Shown in pieces: positions 38,581-48,533 of a stretch of DNA of 64,000 nt. The position numbers and the translations under genes were made by a program. Positions within the stretch are counted from its first letter, which is position 1. The number at the start of each line of letters is the position of its first letter. This DNA is from an uncultured Ignavibacteriota bacterium. GTDB lineage: Bacteria; Bacteroidota; Ignavibacteria; Palsa-1295. The notes beneath the pieces were generated by a model. That model ran no database searches. It was not told where the DNA came from and saw only the letters and a program-made list of their open reading frames with translations. The DNA lies in NCBI GenBank assembly GCA_903900335.1, contig CAIUMP010000044.1, forward strand, positions 98,686 through 162,685, written 5' to 3'.

Positions 38581-38946
38581 ATGAAAAAGATCGGAATCCT
38601 CCTCCTACTCTCCTTCCTCTGTCTTGGATCAAGAGCATCCTTTGCGAATCAGCAGTTCCACGCCGCGGCACCAGTGATTCAGGCCGACACCGTAACGGAC
38701 ACGATTAAAGTGCATGACCTGCGCTGCGGACAGTGCGAGTCGCGGGTTCACCGGGCCATGAAGAAGGTTGCCGGCATCGTGGATGGGTACGCGGATGTCG
38801 AGACACAGACAGTGGTGGTGACATACCTTCCTGCCGTGACGACACGCGCAAAGATCGAGGACATGATCGTTAACACCGGCTATGGTGTTGGCAAAAGGAA
38901 CGGCGACCCCGCCTCGCGGAAGGCATTGCCTTCGTGCTGTAAGTAA
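38581..38946 (+). CDS. Exported heavy-metal-associated (HMA) domain protein
   Basis: Signal peptide; L.CGQC..RV metal motif; C-terminal LPSCCK. Confidence 0.85.
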   Translation: MKKIGILLLLSFLCLGSRASFANQQFHAAAPVIQADTVTDTIKVHDLRCGQCESRVHRAMKKVAGIVDGYADVETQTVVVTYLPAVTTRAKIEDMIVNTGYGVGKRNGDPASRKALPSCCK

Positions 38947-38947
38947 T

Positions 38948-39055
38948 ATTGAAGCGCGGGGCGACGCGCGTTGCGCTGCCTGGTTTTTTCTGAGACCTAA
39001 GACCTGTGCGTCCCGCTCAGGCCGCGTTTGAGTGCGAAGTAGATGTGTTCCGCAT
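38948..39055 (-). mobile_element. Degenerate IS1595-family transposase remnant
   Basis: Minus-strand YFALKRGLSGTHRS*VSEKTRQR, plus RFN in an adjacent frame, resembles the F.LLKRG..GT.H.VS.K.LQRY...F.FRFN signature. Confidence 0.4.
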
Positions 39056-39149
39056 CCGCCACTTCCATGCAACCGCGGAGCGGCCTTGTGCTGTTGTCGC
39101 ACATCGTATATTTCCTTTGGTCGTCAACAGAACTTAGCAGAATCTCCAA

Positions 39150-40979
39150 TTGAACCCATTTCGCTACTTCCGGACATGCCTTGCGACGATCGCAATGGTT
39201 TTGCTCACTAGCCTCCCCGCCGCCTCGCAGACAAAGACCTACTTCAAGGATGTCCGCGTATTTGACGGCTTGAATCTTCTTCCCTCGACCAACGTGCTTG
39301 TCGAAGGAGAGAAGATCACTCGGATGGGCCACAGCATCGATGTGCCCTCGGACGCGACGGTCATCGATGGGGCCGGAAAGACACTAATGCCCGGTCTCAT
39401 AGACGCACACTGCCATGTTTATGGCTCCGCGCTTGAAGATGCTATCGAAACTGGTGTGACAACAGAACTTGACATGTTCACTGACGCAAAGATGGCGGAG
39501 AGCGTTCGAACAGAACAGGAAGCAGGCAGGATGCTTGATCGAGCCGATCTCTACTCGGCCGGCACGCTGGTTACCGCGCCCGGTGGTCACGGCACGGAAT
39601 ATGGCTTTGCAATCCCGACTCTCTCGTCACCCGACTCCGCGCAGATCTTCGTGGATGCTCGGTTAGCAGAGGGATCGGATTATATCAAGATCGTCCTGGA
39701 CAACGGCGGAATATTTGGAAGGAAGATCCCTACACTAAGCATTGCGACGGTGCGTGCTGTTGTAGAAGCCGCGCACAAACGAGGCCGCCTCGCGGTAGCG
39801 CACATCGGGTCGCTTCAGGAGGCGCGGGAAGCAATCGAAGCGGGCGTGGATGGCCTAATGCACGCGCCGTCCGATGTCGTCCCGGATAAGGCATTCATCA
39901 AGCTTGCACGAGAGCATGGAGTCTTTGTTTGCCCAACGCTTTCCGTTATCAATTCCGCGACAGGTGGTAGCAATGCGGCGATCGTCACCGATACCAACGT
40001 CGTACGGTACGCAACGAAAGCGAACATTGAAAATCTGGAGAAGTCATTTCCCCACTCCGCCACTGCTACGGCAAATTACAATGCGGCCTCAGCAGCCACG
40101 AAGATGCTTCAGCTCGGCCACGTTCCGATCCTCGCCGGAACAGACGCCCCGAACCCGGGGACTGCACATGGTGTGGGACTTCATCGTGAGTTAGAGCTTT
40201 TGGTGCAGGCAGGCCTTACACCCGTTCATGCACTTGCGGCTGCCACCGGTAATGCGGCAGATGCCTTCCATCTGCGGGATCGAGGTCACATCGGAGTTGG
40301 ATTCCGTGCAGATCTCCTGTTGGTGAAAGGTGATCCAACAACGAACATCACGGATAGCCGGGCAATCGTTGGTGTATGGAAACGCGGACACGCACTGGAT
40401 CGAACGGCCTACCTTGCAGCCGTGGCGAACGAACAAAGTAGTGCGACACCCAAGCCCGCAGCGTCTATTCCGGCCGGCTTTGGAGATGGTCTTATCAGCA
40501 ACTTCGAGGACGGAACGACAGCCGCTCACTTTGGCGCTGGGTGGTCGGTTTCGACCGACGCCATTGCCGGCGGCAACTCTGTCGCGGTGGACACCGTCAT
40601 CAACGACGGTGCCGATGGTAGCAAGAAATCACTCTTGGTGAAGGGTGAGATCAAGACCGTGTTTCAATATCCCTGGGCAGGGGTGATGTTCTCACCTGGG
40701 ATCGGAGTCATGAAACCAGCAGACCTCTCCTCAAAGAAGAGTCTCAATTTTTGGTGCAAGGGAGACGGAGCGACCTATCGCATAATGATATACACAAAGC
40801 GAGGTGGCTATATCCCCGCGGTCAAAGGTATTCAGATGGTACCGAAGTGGAAGCAATATTCGCTGCCATTCGCGAGTTTCGACGGTGTTGATAGCAAAGA
40901 GATCATGTCGATCATTTTCTGCGCAGGCACGGACCCAGGATTGTTTCAGTTTCAACTGGATGAGGTCAAGTTGAACTGA
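39150..40979 (+). CDS. Exported amidohydrolase with C-terminal CIA30/CBM11-like domain
   Basis: GKTLMPGLIDAHCH, GSDYIKI, AVAH, GLMH, AGTDAPN, ALAAAT, RADLLLV.GDP; C-terminal WSVSTD..AGGNS, KGDG..Y. Confidence 0.85.
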   Translation: MNPFRYFRTCLATIAMVLLTSLPAASQTKTYFKDVRVFDGLNLLPSTNVLVEGEKITRMGHSIDVPSDATVIDGAGKTLMPGLIDAHCHVYGSALEDAIETGVTTELDMFTDAKMAESVRTEQEAGRMLDRADLYSAGTLVTAPGGHGTEYGFAIPTLSSPDSAQIFVDARLAEGSDYIKIVLDNGGIFGRKIPTLSIATVRAVVEAAHKRGRLAVAHIGSLQEAREAIEAGVDGLMHAPSDVVPDKAFIKLAREHGVFVCPTLSVINSATGGSNAAIVTDTNVVRYATKANIENLEKSFPHSATATANYNAASAATKMLQLGHVPILAGTDAPNPGTAHGVGLHRELELLVQAGLTPVHALAAATGNAADAFHLRDRGHIGVGFRADLLLVKGDPTTNITDSRAIVGVWKRGHALDRTAYLAAVANEQSSATPKPAASIPAGFGDGLISNFEDGTTAAHFGAGWSVSTDAIAGGNSVAVDTVINDGADGSKKSLLVKGEIKTVFQYPWAGVMFSPGIGVMKPADLSSKKSLNFWCKGDGATYRIMIYTKRGGYIPAVKGIQMVPKWKQYSLPFASFDGVDSKEIMSIIFCAGTDPGLFQFQLDEVKLN

Positions 40980-41067
40980 GATGCTCGTTCATCCGAGTGG
41001 ACTTCCCCTCCAACTGGCAGAGATCATCTTCTGAAATAGTCACGCCACTTCAAACCAGAACACCATT

Positions 41068-41625
41068 ATGTTCGACGTCACACCTGCTCACCTGCATCTA
41101 CTCGTTAACCACGTGCCAGTTATCGGTAGCGTCGCGGCGCTCATGCTTTTAGTATGGGCCATGATTCGAAACAACGCCGAGCTAAAAAGGACGGCCCTGA
41201 TCGGATTCGTACTGGTTGGAATTTCTGCTTTCGTTGCGGATGCCACTGGAGATGGGGCCGCCCACATGATCAAAGGACTGCCTGAAATAGAGCGTGCGAA
41301 GGTGCATGAACACGAAGAAGCTGCGGATTATGCGAAAATGGCGTCGGGCGTACTGGCCGCAGTCTCTCTCGTTGGGCTGATCCTCGCTACGCGAAAGAAG
41401 GATGCACCTGGTGCCACTTCCGCCGACGAATACGCACGCCACCACCACGAGCCGAACAAGTGGATCATGATTATTGTACTGTTGATCGGCCTTTTCGATC
41501 TATCCGTACTCTCACGCGTAGCCTATCTCGGCGGCGCCATCCGTCATCCGGAGATCGTGAACGGCTATCAAGCCCCGCCTGCAGGGACCGCAGCGGATTC
41601 TCACCATTCGGAGGAGTCGCACTAA
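41068..41625 (+). CDS. Four-TM membrane protein with conserved histidines (DUF2231-like)
   Basis: HLHLLVNHVPVIG, TG..A, HEEAA, GGAIRHPEI. Confidence 0.65.
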   Translation: MFDVTPAHLHLLVNHVPVIGSVAALMLLVWAMIRNNAELKRTALIGFVLVGISAFVADATGDGAAHMIKGLPEIERAKVHEHEEAADYAKMASGVLAAVSLVGLILATRKKDAPGATSADEYARHHHEPNKWIMIIVLLIGLFDLSVLSRVAYLGGAIRHPEIVNGYQAPPAGTAADSHHSEESH

Positions 41626-41664
41626 GCGACCCGTTCTCGTTCGAACGTCCTCGTTTTCGCTCGA

Positions 41665-42972
41665 TTAGCTCGACATCGAGCGCATGAACTCCTTGTTGTT
41701 CTTGGTGCCGCGCATGCGATCCAAGAGGAATTCCATTGCTTCGACTGGGCGCATATCTGCCAGCAGTTTTCGGATGATCCACGTCCGGTTTAAGTCTTCA
41801 GCGCTAAGAAGAAGCTCCTCGTGGCGAGTGCCGGAGCCATTGACATTGATAGCCGGAAAAATTCTGCGATTGGACAGTTCGCGGTCGAGCTGTACTTCCA
41901 TATTGCCAGTGCCCTTGAACTCCTCGAAGATAACTTCGTCCATGCGCGAGCCTGTCTCAACAAGTGCTGTGGCGATAATGGTAAGTGATCCCCCCTCTTC
42001 GATATTTCGCGCAGCACCAAAGAAGCGCTTCGGACGGTGAAGCGCCATTGCGTCCACACCACCGGAAAGGATCTTGCCAGAGTGCGGCACTACCGTGTTG
42101 TGCGCGCGCGCAAGGCGTGTAATGGAGTCGAGCAGAATGATAACATCTACTTTTGCTTCTGTCAGGCGCTTGGCTTTCTCGATAGCCATATCAGCCACCT
42201 GCACGTGACGCTCCGGCGGTTCATCGAATGTCGATGCAACAACCTCGGCCTTGACCGAGCGCTCCATGTCGGTGACTTCTTCCGGACGCTCATCAATGAG
42301 CAGAACGATCAGCTTTGCCTCGGGATGATTGCGAGAGATCGAGTTCGCAATCTTTTGAAGGATGACCGTCTTACCTGACTTTGGAGGAGAAACGATCAAT
42401 CCGCGCTGGCCGAACCCGATCGGACATACGATGTCCATGATACGCATGGTGTACTCACCTGGCGAGGTTTCCAGCGTCAGGTGGCGGTTCGGATAGAGTG
42501 GCGTGAGATTGTCAAAGAGCGGACGATCCTTCGCAAAGTCGCTCGGCATATAGTTGAGCTTGTCCACGCGAAGCAGTGCGAAGAAACGCTCGCCTTCCTT
42601 TGGAGGGCGAACAGCGCCCTCAATGGTGTCACCCGTTCGGAGATTGAACTTCTTGACTTGCGATGGGGAGACGTAAATATCGTCGGGGGAAGGAAGATAG
42701 TTATAGTCCGGTGAACGGAGAAAGCCATAACCATCTGGAAGGAGTTCGAGAACTCCGCCGGCAGGGGTGCCACCGTCATCTTCTTTCGGCTGGGAGGTGC
42801 CGTTCATGCCGACCGGCATCGACTGCCGCTTGGTTGCGTCGGACTCAAGGATACGAAATATGAGCTCTTGCTTACGCATGTCTGCGTAACCTTCGATCCC
42901 GAGATGTTTTGCAAGATCGTTCAATTCGACGATCTTCTTGCTTTTCAGTTCAGCTGCATTGAGTGCTGCCAT
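41665..42972 (-). CDS. rho: Transcription termination factor Rho
   Basis: [55 protein letters not shown]. Confidence 0.98.
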   Translation of the reverse strand: MAALNAAELKSKKIVELNDLAKHLGIEGYADMRKQELIFRILESDATKRQSMPVGMNGTSQPKEDDGGTPAGGVLELLPDGYGFLRSPDYNYLPSPDDIYVSPSQVKKFNLRTGDTIEGAVRPPKEGERFFALLRVDKLNYMPSDFAKDRPLFDNLTPLYPNRHLTLETSPGEYTMRIMDIVCPIGFGQRGLIVSPPKSGKTVILQKIANSISRNHPEAKLIVLLIDERPEEVTDMERSVKAEVVASTFDEPPERHVQVADMAIEKAKRLTEAKVDVIILLDSITRLARAHNTVVPHSGKILSGGVDAMALHRPKRFFGAARNIEEGGSLTIIATALVETGSRMDEVIFEEFKGTGNMEVQLDRELSNRRIFPAINVNGSGTRHEELLLSAEDLNRTWIIRKLLADMRPVEAMEFLLDRMRGTKNNKEFMRSMSS

Positions 42973-43587
42973 GGTTCTGTAAATAGACGTTGCTATAGGG
43001 ATTGGTGCCATTCGAAGGCCTGTGGAAGAGCATTCAACCACGTTAGACTTCGAAAGCCGAAAATATCAGAGCGTCTCGTTGTCCCACGGAGCGGGGCAAG
43101 AAGGAGGCTTAGAATGAGGTAACGGTACCTAGAAACGATGAATACTAAAAATTAGCGGTGTCCCGTCCGGCGTGGTGCTAGGCACAATGCCGAATGTGAG
43201 GCGCAACCCAGTGGATTGCCGAAGAAACGTTGATCAGCCTGGACCGCACTGCCCAGGGTGCATATTCAAATGGGTGTCAGCAAAGGATTGCATTCGTAAT
43301 CAGAGAGTGGCGGTCATCTCGAAGTACGAAGGCCCGATCCGAATGATTCAAATTCCTGGCGTGCCAGCCACCGTGAATGGGATAGTCCTATAGCTACAAG
43401 GAGATTCTCTCTTTGGCTGACCACCATCAAACTGTTGGATCATCCACGAAGCGACCGGAGGTATAGGCGTATGAGCCTCAGGGGACAGAACTATGCTGTC
43501 TAGAACACAAACAGACTGCGTAATTAGCCAATATCGAGCAATTTCGCAGATTTTGGGCTTTGTGTTCCATGTTAGAACCCAGCTACT

Positions 43588-44820
43588 TTAGGTAAAGTTC
43601 TTAAGAAATTCCCCCACAACATAATGCGATCCGCTTACTAACACAACACCTCCATCGGTCGCATTGGCCAGAGCCCATGACACTCCATCCATTACACCGC
43701 CAGCGTCGACCGTACAGATCGCTTGCCGTTGTGCTGCGTCAAAGAGCTCGCGACTCGACAGCGCGCGGGGTGTCTCCGCATTGACCGCTACTAATTCGGA
43801 GACAAATTCCCCCAAAGTAACGAGAGCTGCCGTTACATCTTTATCTCGCATGATTCCGAATACCGTGATAGGACGGAGGTGCAACTCCTGAAAGAATTTC
43901 TTGACCTCTTCCAGAGCATCTGCATTGTGCCCAACATCGAGGAAGAGACGAATTCCACGAGATTCTAGATCGGGTGCGAAAAACTCCTCCATTCGACCTC
44001 GGAGTCCTGTTAAGATCGAAGTCCTTGCTATGCCATCCTGTACTGCTTTCTGGGACGGCGGATGCGGAAGGACAGAACACGCCGCGAGGACCGTCCGAAG
44101 ATTAGACTCCTGGAATTCACCAAGCAACGAAGGCCGCAGTGTGGCAAAGACTTCTGGTGCCTCAAACTCTCTCACGAACTGGATGGTGGCCCCCACTTCC
44201 GTGGCTCTCTCCGCGAATACCTTTTCCAACTCCGGTAAGCATTGCACGACGGCGGGCACGGTGGCCTTTAATATTCCGGCCTTCTCCGTAGCGATCAATG
44301 GCAGGGTATCCCCAAGTTGCTGCTGATGGTCGAGCCCGATAGATGTAATGACCGCGACCAGTGGCCGTTCAAGCACATTGGTAGCGTCGAGCCTTCCACC
44401 CAGCCCGGTCTCAATGACCGCTATGTCCACCCCGTGACGAGCAAAGTGGTCGAAAGCCATGGCTGTAGTCACTTCGAAGAAAGTTGCCTTCAGCTCCTCA
44501 ATCTTCGACCAACAACGACTCAGAAATTCCCCCACTTCGGCCTCAGTGATCACCTCACCATCAATTCGGATCCGCTCACGAAATTCAACCAAGTGAGGGG
44601 AGGTGAAGAGTCCCGTCTTTTTGCCATCTGCCGTATGAATGGCCGCCAGCATTGAGGATACGCTCCCCTTCCCATTCGTGCCTGCAACGTGGATGGATGG
44701 GACTTTTCGGTCGGGTCTTCCAAGGAATTCGAGCAGGCTCGAAATATTTTCCAGCCCGAGCTTCATTCCGAAGAACTCGAGTTGGAAGAGATCGTGGAGA
44801 CGGGAGGAGTAAGGATTCAT
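43588..44820 (-). CDS. folC: Folylpolyglutamate synthase / dihydrofolate synthase
   Basis: IHVAGTNGKGS, FTSPHL..FRERI, ETGLGGRLDATN, GLDH, EKAGI, D.GHN, GS.Y.VG. Confidence 0.95.
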   Translation of the reverse strand: MNPYSSRLHDLFQLEFFGMKLGLENISSLLEFLGRPDRKVPSIHVAGTNGKGSVSSMLAAIHTADGKKTGLFTSPHLVEFRERIRIDGEVITEAEVGEFLSRCWSKIEELKATFFEVTTAMAFDHFARHGVDIAVIETGLGGRLDATNVLERPLVAVITSIGLDHQQQLGDTLPLIATEKAGILKATVPAVVQCLPELEKVFAERATEVGATIQFVREFEAPEVFATLRPSLLGEFQESNLRTVLAACSVLPHPPSQKAVQDGIARTSILTGLRGRMEEFFAPDLESRGIRLFLDVGHNADALEEVKKFFQELHLRPITVFGIMRDKDVTAALVTLGEFVSELVAVNAETPRALSSRELFDAAQRQAICTVDAGGVMDGVSWALANATDGGVVLVSGSHYVVGEFLKNFT

Positions 44821-45245
44821 GAGTTTGGGTCGATAGCTTCGGTTTCGAAAGCGACTTCGTAAGTCCTCGCGTATAGCCTGGAAAACATTAATCCCAGAAC
44901 GGATCCCATCACGAGTATCAAGAGGAATTCGAAATTATCGAACGCGTCCTTTAGTCCAATTGTCGCTTTTGCCATTAACCAAAATGCGAACGCCTCGACT
45001 ACACCGGTGATTGCACTCTGGACAATTAACGCCCTTCTCGAAGTGGGTTGCAAAACTCTCCGGATGCCTTCACACCCAAATGTAGCCAACATGTATAGTG
45101 GGACCATGACAAGAAGTATCACCTGCCATCCCCATATCAGCATAAGCATGAGATCTCCCCAAGAACCAACGATGACCCAAGAGATAATTAGAGAAAGCAG
45201 GGTCATGCGAATAGCCACCTTACATGCTAATTCGAGCATATTCAA
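44817..45245 (-). CDS. Hypothetical membrane protein (about 4 TMs)
   Basis: Hydrophobic segments; stop overlaps the folC start (ATGA). Confidence 0.55.
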   Translation of the reverse strand: MNMLELACKVAIRMTLLSLIISWVIVGSWGDLMLMLIWGWQVILLVMVPLYMLATFGCEGIRRVLQPTSRRALIVQSAITGVVEAFAFWLMAKATIGLKDAFDNFEFLLILVMGSVLGLMFSRLYARTYEVAFETEAIDPNS

Positions 45246-45457
45246 AGATCGTCCGTCAATTGATTTGCGAAAATTTCAGCCATTATGTCCCCTTCCCCAT
45301 CACCGCTTCGATCCAAGCAGCCTAACGATATTGCAGAGCATCGTCCTCCAACTGGAGTGGGATCCATTGGGCCGAGTCTCCAAAAGCTAGGGTCACGGGC
45401 TACGCGCTCATTTGGGGCTCCTGGCGCTGTTGAAGTACCGCGCGTCGGTCGGCAGAG

Positions 45458-46168
45458 TCAATCCCATGACAGTTTCCTACGCCTGGCGAGCGTCCAACCG
45501 CCCTCAGAGAAGTTGCCGCCTTCCACCTTGTCGTTGAAATACTCGGAATTTGCCGGATAGCTGTGGCGGTTGCGTGCCGCGTAACCGCCAGCGGCGAGTG
45601 TGCTGGAGTTGTCGTGTCGCACCGGGATCTCGGTGCGCTCGATGCGTGCGTCGGCTTTTTCGCAGCGACGTTGGTAGTCGTTGTCCTCAAAGTAGGCTGG
45701 GTGGAAAGCCTCGTCAAACAGACCGACGGTGTCCACGATCTTGTCCCCGATCGTAAAGGCCGACCACGCGGGCTCGCAAGCCGTCAAAGTAAGAGCTGAC
45801 GAGCTGCTGGCCTCGGCCAAACGTTGCAGACTGCCAGCAGGCCAGACCAGGTCAAAGTTGGCAATTAGCCACCACGGCGCGAACGGCGTGGACTTGATTC
45901 CCAGATTCCAAGACCCCGCCACGCCAAAGTTCACGGGCATCGATAGGAGGTGCCTGGTCCGCGCGTAAGGGGTCTGCGCTTGCCGCGGATCCACGACGCG
46001 GCCGTTGTCAATGATCACCAGCTGCTCGACAGGAAAGTCTATGCTGTCAATCATTCTGTAGAGTAGCTCGGGGCGAGCCAGCACCGGCACGATCATCACT
46101 GGGATCACAGGGACGCCTGCGTCTCGGGTAGGAACGTCCTCGTACTTGTCAATCAATTTCATGTACAT
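45458..46168 (-). CDS. GT2-like glycosyltransferase
   Basis: VPVL.R.ELL.RMIDSID.PVE.LVIIDNG, N.GVAGSWNLGIK, GLFDE.FHPAYFEDNDY.RR. Confidence 0.75.
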   Translation of the reverse strand: MYMKLIDKYEDVPTRDAGVPVIPVMIVPVLARPELLYRMIDSIDFPVEQLVIIDNGRVVDPRQAQTPYARTRHLLSMPVNFGVAGSWNLGIKSTPFAPWWLIANFDLVWPAGSLQRLAEASSSSALTLTACEPAWSAFTIGDKIVDTVGLFDEAFHPAYFEDNDYQRRCEKADARIERTEIPVRHDNSSTLAAGGYAARNRHSYPANSEYFNDKVEGGNFSEGGWTLARRRKLSWD

Positions 46169-46209
46169 CGAACATCACATTTTCCCCCTCTGGTTCAAGT
46201 TCAGACCTC

Positions 46210-47925
46210 CTACCCCATCGCCTCATCAATCAACGCCCGCGCGTTTTGCAGTGAACTCCTCGAGACCTCCGCACCAGAAATTAAGCGAGCCACCTCCTCA
46301 GCATGTTCCTTCTCGCTTAGTCTGCGAAGTCGTGACGAAGTGGAGCCCTTATCTGAGAGTTTCTCCGCAAGAAAATGAGCATCTCCAAAGGCAGCGATCT
46401 GTGCAAGATGCGTGATGGAGATGATCTGATGATCGGCGGCGAGGTTCTTCATTGCACGCCCGACACGCTGCGCGACGCGGCCCGATATGCCAATATCTAT
46501 CTCGTCAAAGACGAGTAGCGGAAGTTTGTCCGACTTTGCGAGAATAGTTTTGAGAGCAAGCATGATGCGGGAGATCTCTCCGCCGGAGGCCACTCGTGCG
46601 AGCGGCTTTGGCTTCTCTCCGGCATTTGTGGAAATGAAGAACTCGATATCATCAACACCTCGCGAGTTTGCGGCGAAGTTCGTTCCGTTAATAGCAAGCG
46701 CAATGTCGCTGCTTTCGGATGCAACAGCGCGTTCGATCTTCACCTCAAACGCAGAGTGCTCAATTCCGAGTGTCTTTAGTATCTCCACGATCTGTGGCCC
46801 GATCTGCTCCGAGACTTTCGCGCGTGCCTTCGAGAGCTTCTTCGCAATCCCGGCAAGCGCCGTTCGTCGCTTTTCGATCTCGCGCTGCTTCTCCGAGATG
46901 ATGGCATCGAATTCCTCTTCGAAAGATAACTTCGCTTCAAGCTCCGATTTCTTAAGAAGCACAGCATCCAGCGTTCCACCGAATTTCTTCTTGAGTCGCT
47001 GAATTTGATGGGCGCGATCTCGGAATCCGTCCAGCTTTTCGGGATCAAGTTCCACGCGTTCGGCATAGCGGCTGATCCATGTCGATAGTTCGGCAACAAT
47101 TGCGAGCGCGGATTGCGCCTCTGTGAGTGGCTCCGTTAACGTTGCATCAATATCCCGAAGCTTCGTAAGCTGCTCTTTGACAAGACCGAGCCGCTCATAC
47201 GCCGAACCATCAATCTCGTATAGCGCCTCGTGAATCTTGAGCGCGGAGTCACGCAACTCCTCGGCATTCTCCAGAACGAGAAGCTCCTGCTCGATCTTCG
47301 TGTCTTCGTCTGCTTCTGGATCAATTGTGAGGATCTCCTGCAATTGAAACTCATACAGATCGTGCTCCTCGCTGAGCTTCGCTTCTCTGCTCTTCAATTC
47401 TCTAAGCTCACTAACAAGAGAAAGCAAGACCGTGCGTTCAACTTGGTAGCGTTCGACATCAGCAACCAATCCCCCGAACTCATCGAGCATTCGAATGTGA
47501 TGGTGGGGATGTAGCAGTGATTGGTGCTCGTGTTGGCCATGAAGATCAACGAGATAATTACCCAGCTCTTTAAGCAGAGTAGTGCTTGCGGGTGAATCGT
47601 TGACATATCCGCGCGAAGACGCCTTCGTTGTAACCTCACGCCGCAGGACAATTGCATCGCCGTTAGGCTCGATCTCTTTCTCGGCGAGGAATTTTACCAG
47701 GTTAGGATTTCCGGCAATATCAAACTCCGCTTCAACGATCGCCTTATCCGCGCCAGTGCGAATGAAATCCGGGACCGCCCGCTCGCCGATGAGCAACCCA
47801 AACGCGCCCAGTACAATGGACTTGCCCGCTCCGGTCTCACCGGTAATAATATTGAGTCCACGCTCGAAGGTGACGGTGAACTCCTCGATGAGCGCGTAGT
47901 TCTTGATGTAGAGCGAGCGGAGCAC
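46210..47925 (-). CDS. recN: DNA repair protein RecN
   Basis: IKNYALI, ITGETGAGKS, HGQHEHQ, ASGGEISR.MLA, FDEID.GISG, ITHLAQIAA. Confidence 0.97.
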   Translation of the reverse strand: MLRSLYIKNYALIEEFTVTFERGLNIITGETGAGKSIVLGAFGLLIGERAVPDFIRTGADKAIVEAEFDIAGNPNLVKFLAEKEIEPNGDAIVLRREVTTKASSRGYVNDSPASTTLLKELGNYLVDLHGQHEHQSLLHPHHHIRMLDEFGGLVADVERYQVERTVLLSLVSELRELKSREAKLSEEHDLYEFQLQEILTIDPEADEDTKIEQELLVLENAEELRDSALKIHEALYEIDGSAYERLGLVKEQLTKLRDIDATLTEPLTEAQSALAIVAELSTWISRYAERVELDPEKLDGFRDRAHQIQRLKKKFGGTLDAVLLKKSELEAKLSFEEEFDAIISEKQREIEKRRTALAGIAKKLSKARAKVSEQIGPQIVEILKTLGIEHSAFEVKIERAVASESSDIALAINGTNFAANSRGVDDIEFFISTNAGEKPKPLARVASGGEISRIMLALKTILAKSDKLPLLVFDEIDIGISGRVAQRVGRAMKNLAADHQIISITHLAQIAAFGDAHFLAEKLSDKGSTSSRLRRLSEKEHAEEVARLISGAEVSRSSLQNARALIDEAMG

Positions 47926-47958
47926 GGGGAATTATGAATGATGAATTATGAATGATGA
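47925..47958 (-). repeat. Heptamer tandem repeat abutting the recN start
   Basis: Minus strand TCATCATTCATAATTCATCATTCATAATTCCCC-GTG; same unit as 29072-29107. Confidence 0.8.
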
Positions 47959-48012
47959 GAAGAAAGAGGATTGCCACATCACTTCGTTCCGAATTTAATT
48001 CTACAATGCGAA

Positions 48013-48036
48013 GAAGGGAAGCTTTCGCCTCCCTTC
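48013..48036 (-). terminator. Hairpin downstream of rplS
   Basis: Minus strand GAAGGGAGGC-GAAA-GCTTCCCTTC; weak U-tract. Confidence 0.6.
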
Positions 48037-48067
48037 ATAACCCAAAATTCCTAATTCATCATTTCCC

Positions 48068-48409
48068 TTAGGTTGTCTTGCGACGCACGTCCTTCGAACC
48101 GAGGGCGCGGAGATGATAGAGTTTCGCGCGGCGAACCTTACCAGCCTTCACGAAATCGAGCTTTGCGATGCGTGGCGAGTGAAGCGGGAAGATACGCTCA
48201 ACCCCTACACCATTGGAGATCTTGCGAACGGTAAACGTCTCGTTGACGCCCGAACCACGGCGGGAAATGACGATTCCTTCGAAATGCTGGATACGCTCCT
48301 TGTCACCCTCAACGACGCGAACGGAGACGTTCACGGTGTCACCGGCGCGGAATTGCGGTACGTCCTGACGTAACTGGGCGCTCGTAAGAGCATTGATGAT
48401 CTGTTCCAT
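48068..48409 (-). CDS. rplS: 50S ribosomal protein L19
   Basis: [47 protein letters not shown]. Confidence 0.98.
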   Translation of the reverse strand: MEQIINALTSAQLRQDVPQFRAGDTVNVSVRVVEGDKERIQHFEGIVISRRGSGVNETFTVRKISNGVGVERIFPLHSPRIAKLDFVKAGKVRRAKLYHLRALGSKDVRRKTT

Positions 48410-48533
48410 ATTATTTGTCGTTTCTTTGCGTTTTCTATGTCAGGATAGCGATTTCGCTTTTGATTTGAGTGGGCCGATAACCACGAGCGGGGTTAAGAAG
48501 TTCGCAAATTTGGTTAGAATGTCGGTTGCGCGG

